Assembly (NCBI RefSeq): GCF_009914755.1
Contig: NC_060926.1
Length of the DNA stretch: 64,000 bases
Direction: 5' to 3' (one strand)
DNA from: the human T2T-CHM13v2.0 reference genome, Homo sapiens
Both the position numbers and the translations under genes were made by a program. The notes under the pieces are model-generated. The model had not been told where the DNA came from, did no database searches, and saw only the letters and a list, made by a program, of their open reading frames with translations. Below, piece by piece: positions 1 to 12,200 of this stretch (positions within the stretch are counted from its first letter, which is position 1; each line of letters begins with the position of its first letter).

Positions 1-157
1 AATATCTTCCAATAAAAGCTAGATAGAAGCAATGTCAGAAACTTTTTCATGATGTATCTACTCAGCTAACAGAGTTGAACCTTTCTTTTGAGAGAGAGCA
101 GTTTTGAAACACTCTTTTTGTGGAATCTGCAAGTGGATATTTGTCTAGCTTTGAGGA

Positions 158-174
158 TTTCGTTGGAAACGGGA
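158..174 (+). promoter_or_regulatory. CENP-B box (monomer A type); first of roughly 188 boxes spaced alternately 338/342 bp
   Basis: TTTCGTTGGAAACGGGA matches the NTTCGNNNNANNCGGGN CENP-B recognition motif. Confidence 0.95.
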
Positions 175-495
175 TTACATATAAAAAGCACACAGCAGCA
201 TTCCCAGAAACTTCTTTGTGAAGTTTGCATTCAAGTCACAGAGTTGAACATTCCCTTTCATAGAGCAGGTTTGAAACACTCTTTTTGTAGTATCTGTATG
301 TGGACATTTGGAGCGCTTTCAGGCCTATGGTGAAAAAGGAAATATCTTCCCCTGAAAACTAGACAGAAGCATTCTCAGAATCTTATTTGTGATGTGCGCC
401 CTCAACTAACAGTGTTGAAGCTTTCTTTTGATAGAGCAGTTTTGAAACACTCTTTTTGTAAAATCTGCAAGAGGATATTTGGATAGCTTTGAGGA

Positions 496-512
496 TTTCG
501 TTGGAAACGGGA
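496..512 (+). promoter_or_regulatory. CENP-B box (monomer C type)
   Basis: TTTCGTTGGAAACGGGA followed by TTGTCTTCATATAAACTCTAGA; 338 bp after the box at 158. Confidence 0.95.
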
Positions 513-540
513 TTGTCTTCATATAAACTCTAGACAGAAG

Positions 541-882
541 CATTCTCAGAAGCTTCATTGGGATGTTTCAATTGAAGTCACAGAGTTGAACATTCCCTTT
601 CATAGAGCAGGTTTGAAACACTCTTTTTGTAGTATCTGGATGTGGACATTTGCAGCGCTTTCAGGCCTAAGGTGAAAAAGGAAATATCTTCCCCTGAAAA
701 CTAGACAGAAGCATTCTAAGAAGCTTCATTGGGATGTTTCAATTGAAGTCACAGTGTTGAACAGTCCCTTTCATAGAGCAGGTTTGAAACACTCTTTTTG
801 TAGTATCTGGAAGTGGACATTTGGAGAGATCTCAGGAATACGGTGATAAAGGAAATATCTTCCAATAAAAGCTAGATAGAAG
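541..882 (+). repeat. Two adjacent box-less monomers (D/B hybrid 541-711, then D 712-882), giving an 851-bp 5-mer unit
   Basis: Monomer 541 begins as D (AGCTTCATTGGGATG) and ends as B (GCAGCGCTTTCAGGCCTAAGG...CCCCTGAAAACTAGAC). It is followed directly by D (CATTCTAAGAAGCTTCATTGGG). Flanking CENP-B boxes at 496 and 1009 are 513 bp apart. Confidence 0.9.
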
Positions 883-1562
883 CAATGTCAGAAACTTTTT
901 CATGATGTATCTACTCAGCTAACAGAGTTGAACCTTTCTTTTGAGAGAGCAGTTTTGAAACACTCTTTTTGTGGAATCTGCAAGTGGATATTTGTCTAGC
1001 TTTGAGGATTTCGTTGGAAACGGGATTACATATAAAAAGCAGACAGCAGCATTCCCAGAAACTTCTTTGTGATGTTTGCATTCAAGTCACAGAGTTGAAC
1101 ATTCCCTTTCATAGAGCAGGTTTGAGACACTCTTTTTGTAGTATCTGGATGTGGACATTTGGAGCGCTTTCAGGCCTATGGTGAAAAAGGAAATATCTTC
1201 CCCTGAAAACTAGACAGAAGCATTCTCAGAAACTTATTTGTGATGTGCGCCCTCAACTAACAGTGTTGAAGCTTTCTTTTGATAGAGCAGTTTTGAAACA
1301 CTCTTTTTGTAATATCTGCAAGAGGATATTTGGATAGCTTTGAGGATTTCGTTGGAAACGGGATTGTCTTCATATAAACTCTAGACAGAAGCATTCTCAG
1401 AAGCTTCATTGGGTTGTTTCAATTGAAGTCACAGTGTTGAACAGTTCCTTTCATAGAACAGGTTTGAAACACTCTTTTTGTAGTATCTGGAAGTGGACAT
1501 TTGGAGGGCTCTCAGGACTATGGTGAAAAAGGAAATATCTTCCAATAAAAGCTACATAGAAG
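883..1562 (+). repeat. Representative canonical 680-bp HOR: A 883-1049 (167 bp, CENP-B box), B 1050-1220, C 1221-1391 (CENP-B box), D 1392-1562
   Basis: Diagnostic starts: A CAATGTCAGAAACTTTTTCATG, B CATTCCCAGAAACTTCTTTG, C CATTCTCAGAAACTTATTTGTGATGTGCGCC, D CATTCTCAGAAGCTTCATTGGG. Lengths sum to 167+3x171=680. Confidence 0.93.
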
Positions 1563-2580
1563 CAATGTCAGAAACTTTTTCATGATGTATCTACTCAGCT
1601 AACAGAGGTGAACCTTTCCTTTGAGAGAGCAGTTTTGAAACACTCTTTTTGTGGAATCTGCAAGTGGATATTTGTCTAGCTTTGAGGATTTCGTTGGAAA
1701 CGGGATTACATATAAAAAGCAGACAGCAGCATTCCCAGTAACTTCTTTGTGATGTTTGCATTCAAGTCTGAGAGTTGAACATTCCCTTTCATAGAGCAGG
1801 TTTGAAACACTCTTTTTGAAGTATCTGGATGTGGACATTTGGAGCGCTTTCAGGCCTATGGTGAAAAAGGAAATATCTTCCCCTGAAAACTAGACAGAAG
1901 CATTCTCAGAAACTTATTTGTGATGTGCGCCCTCAACTAACAGTGTTGAACCTTTCTTTTGATAGAGCAGTTTTGAAACACTCTTTTTGTAATATCTGCA
2001 AGAGGATATTTGGATAGCTTTGAGGATTTCGTTGGAAACGGGATTGTCTTCATATAAACTCTAGACAGAAGCATTCTCAGAAGCTTCATTGGGATGTTTC
2101 AATTGAAGTCACAGTGTTGAACAGTCCCTTTCATAGAGCAGGTTTGAAACACTCTTTTTGTAGTATCTGGAAGTGGACATTTGGAGCGCTCTCAGGACTA
2201 CGGTGATAAAGGAAATATCTTCCAATAAAAGCTAGATAGAAGCAATGTCAGAAACTTTTTCATAATGTATCTACTCAGCTAACAGAGTTGAACCTTTCTT
2301 TTGAGAGAGCAGTTTTGAAACACTCTTTTTGTGGAATCTGCAAGTGGATATTTGTCTAGATTTGAGGATTTCGTTGGAAACGGGATTACATATAAAAAGC
2401 AGACAGCAGCATTCCCAGAATCTTCTTTGTGATGTTTGCATTCAAGTCAGAGAGTTGAACATTCCCTTTCATAGAGCAGGTTTGAAACACTCTTTTTGTA
2501 GTATCTGGATGTGGACATTTGCAGCGCTTTCAGGCCTAAGGTGAAAAAGGAAATATCTTCCCCTGAAAACTAGACAGAAG

Positions 2581-2747
2581 CATTCTCAGAAACTTATTTG
2601 TGATGTGCGCCCTCAACTAACAGTGTTGAAGCTTTCTTTTGATAGAGCAGTTTTGAAACACTCTTTTTGTGGAATCTGCAAGTGGATATTTGTCTAGCTT
2701 TGAGGATTTCGTTGGAAACGGGATTACATATAAAAAGCAGACAGCAG
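2581..2747 (+). repeat. C/A hybrid monomer, junction type I (338-bp deletion unit); also at 8360-8525, 11417-11583, 18210-18375
   Basis: The 5' part is C (GATGTGCGCCCTCAAC...TTTTGATAGAG) and the 3' part is A (TGTGGAATCTGCAAGTGGATATTTGTCTAG...ATTACATATAAAAAGC). Unit spacing drops to 337-338. Confidence 0.9.
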
Positions 2748-3769
2748 CATTCCCAGAATCTTGTTCGTGATGTTTGCATTCAAGTCACAGAGTTGAACAT
2801 TCCCTTTCAGAGAGCAGGTTTGAAACACTCTTTTTATAGTATCTGGATGTGGACATTTGGAGCGCTTTCAGGCCTATGGTGAAAAAGGAAATATCTTCTC
2901 CTGAAAACTAGACAGAAGCATTCTCAGAATCTTATTTGTGATGTGCACCCTCAACTAACAGTGTTGAAGCTTTCTTTTGATAGAGCAGTTTTGAAACACT
3001 CTTTTCGTAAAATCTGCAAGAGGATATTTGGATAGCTTTGAGGATTTCGTTGGAAACGGGATTGTCTTCATATAAACTCTAGACAGAAGCATTCTCAGAA
3101 GCTTCATTGGGATGTTTCAATTGAAGTCACAGTGTTGAACAGTTCCTTTCATAGAACAGGTTTGAAACACTCTTTTTGTAGTATCTGGAAGTGGACATTT
3201 GGAGAGATCTCAGGAATACAGTGATAAAGGAAATATCTTCCAATAAAAGCTACATAGAAGCAATGTCAGAAACTTTTTCATGATGTATCTACTCAGCTAA
3301 CAGAGTTGAACCTTTCTTTTGAGAGAGCAGTTTTGAAACACTCTTTTTGTGGAATCTGCAAGTGGATATTTGTCTAGCTTTGAGGATTTCGTTGGAAACG
3401 GGTTTACATATAAAAAGCAGACAGCAGCATTCCCAGAAACTTCTTTGTGAAGTTTGCATTCAAGTCACAGAGTTGAACATTCCCTTTCATAGAGCAGGTT
3501 TGAAACACTCTTTTTGTAGTATCTGTATGTGGACATTTGGAGCGCTTTCAGGACTATGGTGAAAAAGGAAATATCTTCCCCTGAAAACTAGACAGAAGCA
3601 TTCTCAGAATCTTATTTGTGATGTGCGCCCTCAACTAACAGTGTTGAAGCTTTCTTTTGATAGAGGAGTTTTGAAACACTCTTTTTGTAAAATCTGCAAG
3701 AGGATATTTGGATAGCTTTGAGGATTTCGTTGGAAACGGGATTGTCTTCATATAAACTCTAGGCAGAAG

Positions 3770-4107
3770 CATTCTCAGAAGCTTCATTGGGATGTTTCAA
3801 TTGAAGTCACAGTGTTGAACAGTCCCTTTCATAGAACAGGTTTGAAACACTCTTTTTGTAGTATCTGGATGTGGACATTTGGAGCGCTTTCAGGCCTATG
3901 GTTTAAAAGGAAATATCTTCCCCTGAAAACTAGACAGAAGCATTCTCAGAAACTTATTTGTGATGTGCGCCCTCAACTAACAGTGTTGAAGCATTCTTTT
4001 GATAGAGCAGTTTTGAAACACTCTTTTTCTGGAATCTGCAAGTGGATATTTGTCTAGCTTTGAGGATTTCGTTGGAAACGGGATTACATATAAAAAGCAG
4101 ACAGCAG
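3770..4107 (+). repeat. Length-neutral chimeric HOR segment (D/B + C/A hybrid monomers) with GGTTTAAAAGG and GAAGCATTCTTTT markers; first of 16 marked copies
   Basis: D start, then B end (GGATGTGG...CAGGCCTATGGTTTAAAAGG...CCCCTGAAAAC), then C start, then A end. The 680-bp spacing is preserved. Copies are tracked by the repeated 'MLNSPFH' ORFs. Confidence 0.9.
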
Positions 4108-4699
4108 CATTCCCAGAAACTTCTTTGTGATGTTTGCATTCAAGTCACAGAGTTGAACATTCCCTTTCATAGAGCAGGTTTGAAACACTCTTTTTGTAGT
4201 ATCTGGATGTGGACATTTGGAGCGCTTTCAGGCCTATGGTGAAAAAGGAAATATCTTCCCCTGAAAACTAGACAGAAGCATTCTCAGAATCTTATTTGTG
4301 ATGTGCGCCCTCAACTAACAGTGTTGAAGCTTTCTTTTGATAGAGCAGTTTTGAAACACTCTTTTTGTAAAATCTGCAAGAGGATATTTGGATAGCTTTG
4401 AGGATTTCGTTGGAAACGGGATTGTCTTCATATAAACTCTAGACAGAAGCATTCTCAGAAGCTTCATTGGGATGTTTCAATTGAAGTCACAGTGTTGAAC
4501 ATTCCCTTTCATAGAGCAGGTTTGAAACACTCTTTTTGTAGTATCTGGAAGTGGACATTTGGAGAGATCTCAGGAATACGGTGATAAAGGAAATATCTTC
4601 CAATAAAAGCTAGATAGAAGAAATGTCAGAAACTTTTTCATGATGTATCTACTCAGCTAACAGAGTTGAACCTTTCTTTTGAGAGAGCAGTTTTGAAAC

Positions 4700-6560
4700 A
4701 CTCTTTTTGTGGAATCTGCAAGTGGATATTTGTCTAGCTTTGAGGATTTCGTTGGAAACAGGATTACATATAAAAAGCAGACAGCAGCATTCCCAGAAAC
4801 TTCTTTGTGATGTTTGCATTCAAGTCACAGAGTTGAACATTGCCTTTCATAGAGCAGGTTTGAAACAGTCTTTTTGTAGTATCTGGATGTGGACATTTGG
4901 AGCGCTTTGAGGCCTATGGTGAAAAAGGAAATATCTTCCCCTGAAAACTAGACAGAAGCATTCTCAGAATTTTATTTGTGATGTGCGCCCTCAACTAACA
5001 GTGTTGAAGCTTTCTATTGATAGAGCAGTTTTGAAACACTCCTTTTGTAAAATCTGCTAGAGGATATTTGGATAGCTTTGAGGATTTCTTTGGAAACGGG
5101 ATTGTCTTCATATAAACTCTAGACAGAAGCATTCTCAGATGCTTCATTGGGATGTTTCAATTGAAGTCACAGTGTTGAACAGTCCCTTTCATAGAGCAGG
5201 TTTGAAACACTCTTTTTGTAGTATCTGGATGTGGACATTTGGAGCGCTCTCAGGACTACGGTGAAAAAGGAAATATCTTCCAATAAAAGCTACATAGAAG
5301 CAATGTCAGAAACTATTTCATGATGTATCTACTCAGCTAACAGAGTTGAACCTTTCTTTTGAGAGAGCAGTTTTGAAACACTCTTTTTGTGGAATCTGGA
5401 AGTGGATATTTGTCTAGCTTTGAGGATTTCGTTGGAAACGGGATTACATATAAAAAGCAGACAGCAGCATTCCCAGAATCTTGTTTGTGATGTTTGCATT
5501 CAAGTCACAGAGTTGAACATTCCCTTTCAGAGAGCAGGTTTGAAACACTCTTTTTATAGTATCTGGATGTGGACATTTGGAGCGCTTTCAGGCCTATGGT
5601 GAAAAAGGAAATATCTTCCCCTGAAAACTAGACAGAAGCATTCTTAGAATCTTATTTCTGATGTGCGCCCTCAACTAACAGTGTTGAAGCTTTCTTTTGA
5701 TAGAGCAGTTTTGAAACACTCTTTTCGTAAAATCTGCAAGAGGATATTTTGATAGCTTTGAGGATTTCGTTGGAAACGGGATTGTCTTCATATAAACTCT
5801 AGACAGAAGCATTCTCAGAAGCTTCATTGGGATGTTTCAATTGAAGTCACAGGGTTGAACAGTCCCTTTCATAGAGCAGGTTTGAAACACTCTTTTTGTA
5901 GTATCTGGAAGTGGACATTTGGAGAGATGTCAGGAATACGGTGATAAAGGAAATATCTTCCAATAAAAGCTAGATAGAAGCAATGTCAGAAACTTTTTCA
6001 TGATGTATCTACTCAGCTAACAGAGTTGAACCTTTCTTTTGAGAGAGCAGTTTTGAAACACTCTTTTTGTGGAATCTGCAAGTGGATATTTGTCTAGCTT
6101 TGAGGATTTCGTTGGAAACAGGATTACATATAAAAAGCAGACAGCAGCATTCCCAGAAACTTCTTTGTGATGTTTGCATTCAAGTCACAGAGTTGAACAT
6201 TCCCTTTCATAGAGCAGGTTTGAAACAGTCTTTTTGTAGTATCTGGATGTGGACATTTGGAGCGCTTTCAGGCCTATGGTGAAAAAGGAAATATCTTCCA
6301 CTGAAAACTAGACAGAAGCATTCTCAGAATTTTATTTGTCATGTGCGCCCTCAACTAACAGTGTTGAAGCTTTCTTTTGATAGAGCAGTTTTGAAACACT
6401 CTTTTTGTAAAATCTGCTAGAGGATATTTGGATAGCTTTGAGGATTTCTTTGGAAACGGGATTGTCTTCATATAAACTCTAGACAGAAGCATTCTCAGAT
6501 GCTTCATTGGGATGTTTCAATTGAAGTCACAGTGTTGAACAGTCCCTTTCATAGAGCAGG
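4700..6560 (+). repeat. HOR haplotype with both CENP-B boxes mutated, present twice 1360 bp apart (~4700-5200 and ~6060-6560)
   Basis: Shared private variants GGAAACAGGA, AAACAGTC, CAGAATTTTATT, CTGCTAGAG, ATTTCTTTGG and CAGATGCTTC at offset 1360. Confidence 0.88.
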
Positions 6561-9249
6561 TTTGAAACACTCTTTTTGTAGTATCTGGATGTGGACATTT
6601 GGAGCGCTTTCAGGCCTATGGTGAAAAAGGAAATATCTTCCCCTGAAAACTAGACAGAAGCATTCTCAGAAACTTATTTGTGATGTGCGCCCTCAACTAA
6701 CAGTTTTGAAGCTTTCTTTTGATAGAGCAGTTTTGAAACACTCTTTTTGTGGAATCTGCAAGTGGATATTTGTCTAGCTTTGAGGATTTCATTGGAAACG
6801 GGATTACATATAAAAAGCAGACAGCAGCATTCCCAGAAACTTCTTTGTGATGTTCGCATTCAAGTCACACAGTTGAACATTCCCTTTCATAGAGCAGGTT
6901 TGAAACACTCTTTTTGTAGTATCTGGATGTGGACATTTGGAGCGCTTTCAGGCCTATGGTGAAAAAGGATATATCTTCCCCTGAAAACTAGACAGAAGCA
7001 TTCTCAGAAACTTATTTGTGATGTGCGCCCTCAACTAACAGTGTTGAACCTTTCTTTTGATAGAGCAGTTTTGAAACACTCTTTTTGTAATATCTGCAAG
7101 AGGATATTTGGATAGCTTTGAGGATTTCGTTGGAAACGGGATTGTCTTCATATAAACTCTAGACAGAAGCATTCTCAGAAGCTTCATTGGGATGTTTCAA
7201 TTGAAGTCACAGTGTTGAACAGTCCCTTTCATAGAGCAGGTTTGAAACACTCTTTTTGTAGTATCTGGAAGTGGACATTTGGAGAGATCTCAGGAATACG
7301 GTGAAAAAGGAAATATCTTCCAATAAAAGCTAGATAGAAGCAATGTCAGAAACTTTTTCATGATGTATCTACTCAGCTAACAGAGTTGAACCTTTCTTTT
7401 GAGAGAGAGCAGTTTTGAAACACTCTTTTTGTGGAATCTGCAAGTGGATATTTGTCTAGCTTTGAGGATTTCGTTGGAAACGGGATTACATATAAAAAGC
7501 ACACAGCAGCATTCCCAGAAACTTCTTTGTGAAGTTTGCATTCAAGTCACAGAGTTGAACATTCCCTTTCATAGAGCAGGTTTGAAACACACTTTTTGTA
7601 GTATCTGTATGTGGACATTTGGAGCGCTTTCAGGCCTATGGTGAAAAAGGAAATATCTTCCCCTGAAAACTAGACAGAAGCATTCTCAGAATCTTATTTG
7701 TGATGTGCGCCCTCAACTAACAGTGTTGAAGCTTTCTTTTGATAGAGCAGTTTTGAAACACTCTTTTTGTAAAATCTGCAAGAGGATATTTGGATAGCTT
7801 TGAGGATTTCGTTGGAAACGGGATTGTCTACATATAAACTCTAGACAGAAGCATTCTCAGAAGCTTCATTGGGATGTTTCAATTGAAGTCACAGTGTTGA
7901 ACAGTCCCTTTCATAGAGCAGGTTTGAAACACTCTTTTTGTAGTATCTGGAAGTGGACATTTGGAGCGCTCTCAGGACTGCGGTGAAAAAGGAAATATCT
8001 TCCAATAAAAGCTAGATAGAAGCAATGTCAGAAACTTTTTCATGATGTATCTACTCAGCTAACAGAGTTGAACCTTCCTTTGAGAGAGCAGTTTTGAAAC
8101 ACTCTTTTTGTGGAATCTGCAAGTGGATATTTGTCTAGCTTTGAGGATTTCGTTGGAAACGGGATTACATAGAAAAAGCAGACAGCAGCATTCCCAGAAT
8201 CTTCTTTGTGATGTTTGCATTCAAGTCACAGAGTTGAACATTCCCTTTCATAGAGCAGGTTTGAAACACTCTTTTTGTAGTATCTGGATGTGGACATTTG
8301 CAGCGCTTTCAGGCCTAAGGTGAAAAAGGAAATATCTTCCCCTGAAAACTAGACAGAAGCATTCTCAGAAACTTATTTGTGATGTGCGCCCTCACTAACA
8401 GTGTTGAAGCTTTCTTTTGATAGAGCAGTTTTGAAACACTCTTTTTGTGGAATCTGCAAGTGGATATTTGTCTAGCTTTGAGGATTTCGTTGGAAACGGG
8501 ATTACATATAAAAAGCAGACAGCAGCATTCCCAGAATCTTGTTCGTGATGTTTGCATTCAAGTCACAGAGTTGAACATTCCCTTTCAGAGAGCAGGTTTG
8601 AAACACTCTTTTTATAGTATCTGGATGTGGACACTTGGAGCGCTTTCAGGCCTATGGTGAAAAAGGAAATATCTTCTCCTGAAAACTAGACAGAAGCATT
8701 CTCAGAATCTTATTTGTGATGTGCACCCTCAACTAACAGTGTTGAAGCTTTCTTTTGATAGAGCAGTTTTGAAACACTCTTTTCGTAAAATCTGCAAGAG
8801 GATATTTGGATAGCTTTGAGGATTTCGTTGGAAACGGGATTGTCGTCATATAAACTCTAGACAGAAGCATTCTCAGAAGCTTCATTGGGATGTTTCAATT
8901 GAAGTCACAGTGTTGAACAGTCTCTTTCATAGAGCAGGTTTGAAACACTCTTTTTGTAGTATCTGGAAGTGGACATTTGGAGAGATCTCAGGAATACGGT
9001 GATAAAGGAAATATCTTCCAATAAAAGCTACATAGAAGCAATGTCAGAAACTTTTTCATGATGTATCTACTCAGCTAACAGAGTTGAACCTTTCTTTTGA
9101 GAGAGCAGTTTTGAAACACTCTTTTTGTGGAATCTGCAAGTGGATATTTGTCTAGCTTTGAGGATTTCGTTGGAAACGGGTTTACATATAAAAAGCAGAC
9201 AGCAGCATTCCCAGAAAGTTCTTTGTGAATTTTGCATTCAAGTCACAGA

Positions 9250-12200
9250 GTTGAACATTCCCTTTCATAGAGCAGGTTTGAAACACTCTTTTTGTAGTAT
9301 CTGGATGTGGACATTTGGAGCGCTTTCAGGCCTATGGTGAAAAAGGAAATATCTTCCCCTGAAAACTAGACAGAAGCATTCTCAGAATCTTATTTGTGAT
9401 GTGCGCCCTCAACTAACAGTGTTGAAGCTTTCTTTTGATAGAGCAGTTTTGAAACACTCTTTTTGTAAAATCTGCAAGAGGATATTTGGAGAGTTTTGAG
9501 GATTTCTTTGGAAACGGGATTGTCTTCATATAAACTCTAGACAGAAGCATTCTCAGAAGCTTCATTGGGATGTTTCAATTGAAGTCACAGTGTTGAACAG
9601 TCCCTTTCATAGAGCAGGTTTGAAACACCCTTTTTGTAGTATCTGGATATGGACATTTGGAGCGCTTTCAGGCCTATGGTGAAAAAGGAAATATCTTCCC
9701 CTGAAAACTAGACAGAAGCATTCTCAGAAACTTATTTGTGATGTGCGCCCTCAACTAACAGTGTTGAAGCTTTCTTTTGATAGAGCAGCTTTGAAACACT
9801 CTTTTTGTGGAATCTGCAAGTGGATGTTTGTCTAGCTTTGAGGATTTCGTTGGAAACGGGATTACATATAAAAAGCAGACAGCAGCATTCCCAGAATCTT
9901 GTTTGTGATGTTTGCATTCAAGTCACAGAGTTGAACATTCCCTTTCAGAGAGAAGGTTTGAAACACTCTTTTTATAGTATCTGGATGTGGACATTTGGAG
10001 CGCTTTCAGGCCTATGGTGAAAAAGGAAATATCTTCTCCTGAAAACTAGACACAAGAATTCTCAGAATCTTATTTGTGATGTGCGCCCTCAACTAACAGT
10101 GTTGAAGCTTTCTTTTGATAGAGCAGTTTTGAAACACTCTTTTCGTAAAATCTGCAAGAGGATATTTTGATAGCTTTGAGGATTTCGTTGGAAACGGGAT
10201 TGTCTTCATATAAACTCTAGACAGAAGCATTCTCAGAAGCTTCATTGGGATGTTTCAATTGAAGTCACAGTGTTGAACAGTCCCTTTCATAGAGCAGGTT
10301 TGAAACACTCTTTTTGTAGTATCTGGAAGTGGACATTTGGAGAGATCTCAGGAATACGGTGAAAAAGGAAATATCTTCCAATAAAAGCTAGATAGAAGCA
10401 ATGTCAGAAACTTTTTCATGATGTATCTACTCAGCTAACAGAGTTGAACCTTTCTTTTGAGAGAGCAGTTTTGAAACACTCTTTTTGTGGAATCTGCAAG
10501 TGGATATTTGTCTAGCTTTGAGGATTTCGTTGGAAACGGGAATACATATAAAAAGCAGACAGCAGCATTCCCAGAAACTTCTTTGTGATGTTTGCATTCA
10601 AGTCACAGAGTTGAACATTCCCTTTCATAGAGCACGTTTGAAACACTCTTTTTATAGTATCTGGATGTGCACATTTGGAGCGCTTTCAGGCCTATGGTGA
10701 AAAGGGAAATATCTTCTCCTGAAAACTAGACAGAAGCATTCTCAGAATCTTATTTGTGATGTGCGCCCTCAACTAACAGTGTTGAAGCTTTCTTTTCATA
10801 GAGCAGTTTTGAAACACTCTTTTTGTAAAATCTGCAAGAGGATATTTGGATAGCTTGGAGGATTTCGTTGGAAACGGGATTGTCTTCATATAAACTCTAG
10901 ACAGAAGCATTCTCAGAAGCTTCATTGGGATGTTTCAATTGAAGTCACAGTGTTGAACAGTCCCTTTCATAGAGCAGGTTTGAAACACTCTTTTTGTAGT
11001 ATCTGGATGTGGACATTTGGAGCGCTTTCAGGTCTATGGTTTAAAAGGAAATATCTTCCCCTGAAAACTAGACAGAAGCATTCTCAGAAACTTATTTGTG
11101 ATGTGCGCCCTCAACTAACAGTGTTGAAGCATTCTTTTGATAGAGCAGTTTTGAAACACTCTTTTTCTGGAATCTGCAAGTGGATATTTGTCTAGCTTTG
11201 AGGATTTCGTTGGAAACGGGATTACATATAAAAAGCAGACAGCAGCATTCCCAGAAACTTCTTTGTGATGTTTGCATTCAAGTCACAGAGTTGAACATTC
11301 CCTTTCATAGAGCAGGTTTGAAACACTCTTTTTGTAGTATCTGGATGTGGACATTTGCAGGGCTTTCAGGCCTAAGGTGAAAAAGGAAATATCTTCCCCT
11401 GAAAACTAGACAGAAGCATTCTCAGAAACTTATTTGTGATGTGCGCCCTCAACTAACAGTGTTGAAGCTTTCTTTTGATAGAGCAGTTTTGAAACACTCT
11501 TTTTGTGGAATCTGCAAGTGGATATTTGTCTAGCTTTGAGGATTTCGTTGGAAACGGGATTACATATAAAAAGCAGAAAGCAGCATTCCCAGAATCTTGT
11601 TTGTGATGTTTGCATTCAAGTCACAGAGTTGAACATTCCCTTTCAGAGAGCAGGTTTGAAACACTCTTTTTATAGTATCTGGATGTGTACATTTGGAGCG
11701 CTGTCAGGCCTATGGTGAAAAAGGAAATATCTTCCCCTGAAAACTAGACAGAAGCATTCTCAGAATCTTATTTGTGATGTGCGCCCTCAACTAACAGTGT
11801 TGAAGCTTTCTTTTGATAGAGCAGTTTTGAAACACTCTTTTCGTAATATCTGCAAGAGGATATTTTGATAGCTTTGAGGATTTCGTTGGAAACGGGATTG
11901 TCTTCATATAAACTCTAGACAGAAGCATTCTCAGAAGCTTCATTGGGATGTTTCAATTGAAGTCACAGTGTTGAACAGTCCCTTTCATAGAGCAGGTTTG
12001 AAACACTCTTTTTGTAGTATCTGGAAGTGGACATTTGGAGAGATCTCAGGAATACGGTGATAAAGGAAATATCTTCCAATAAAAGATAGATAGAAGCAAT
12101 ATCAGAAACTTTTTCATGATGTATCTTCACAGCTAACAGAGTTGAACCTTTCTTTTGAGAGAGCAGTTTTGAAACACTCTTTTTGTGGAATCTGCAAGTG

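Noticed and set aside
11-16. AATAAA polyadenylation-like and TATAAA TATA-like hexamers in each HOR
   Set aside because: They are intrinsic to the monomer consensus; sequence alone gives no evidence of promoter or processing function.
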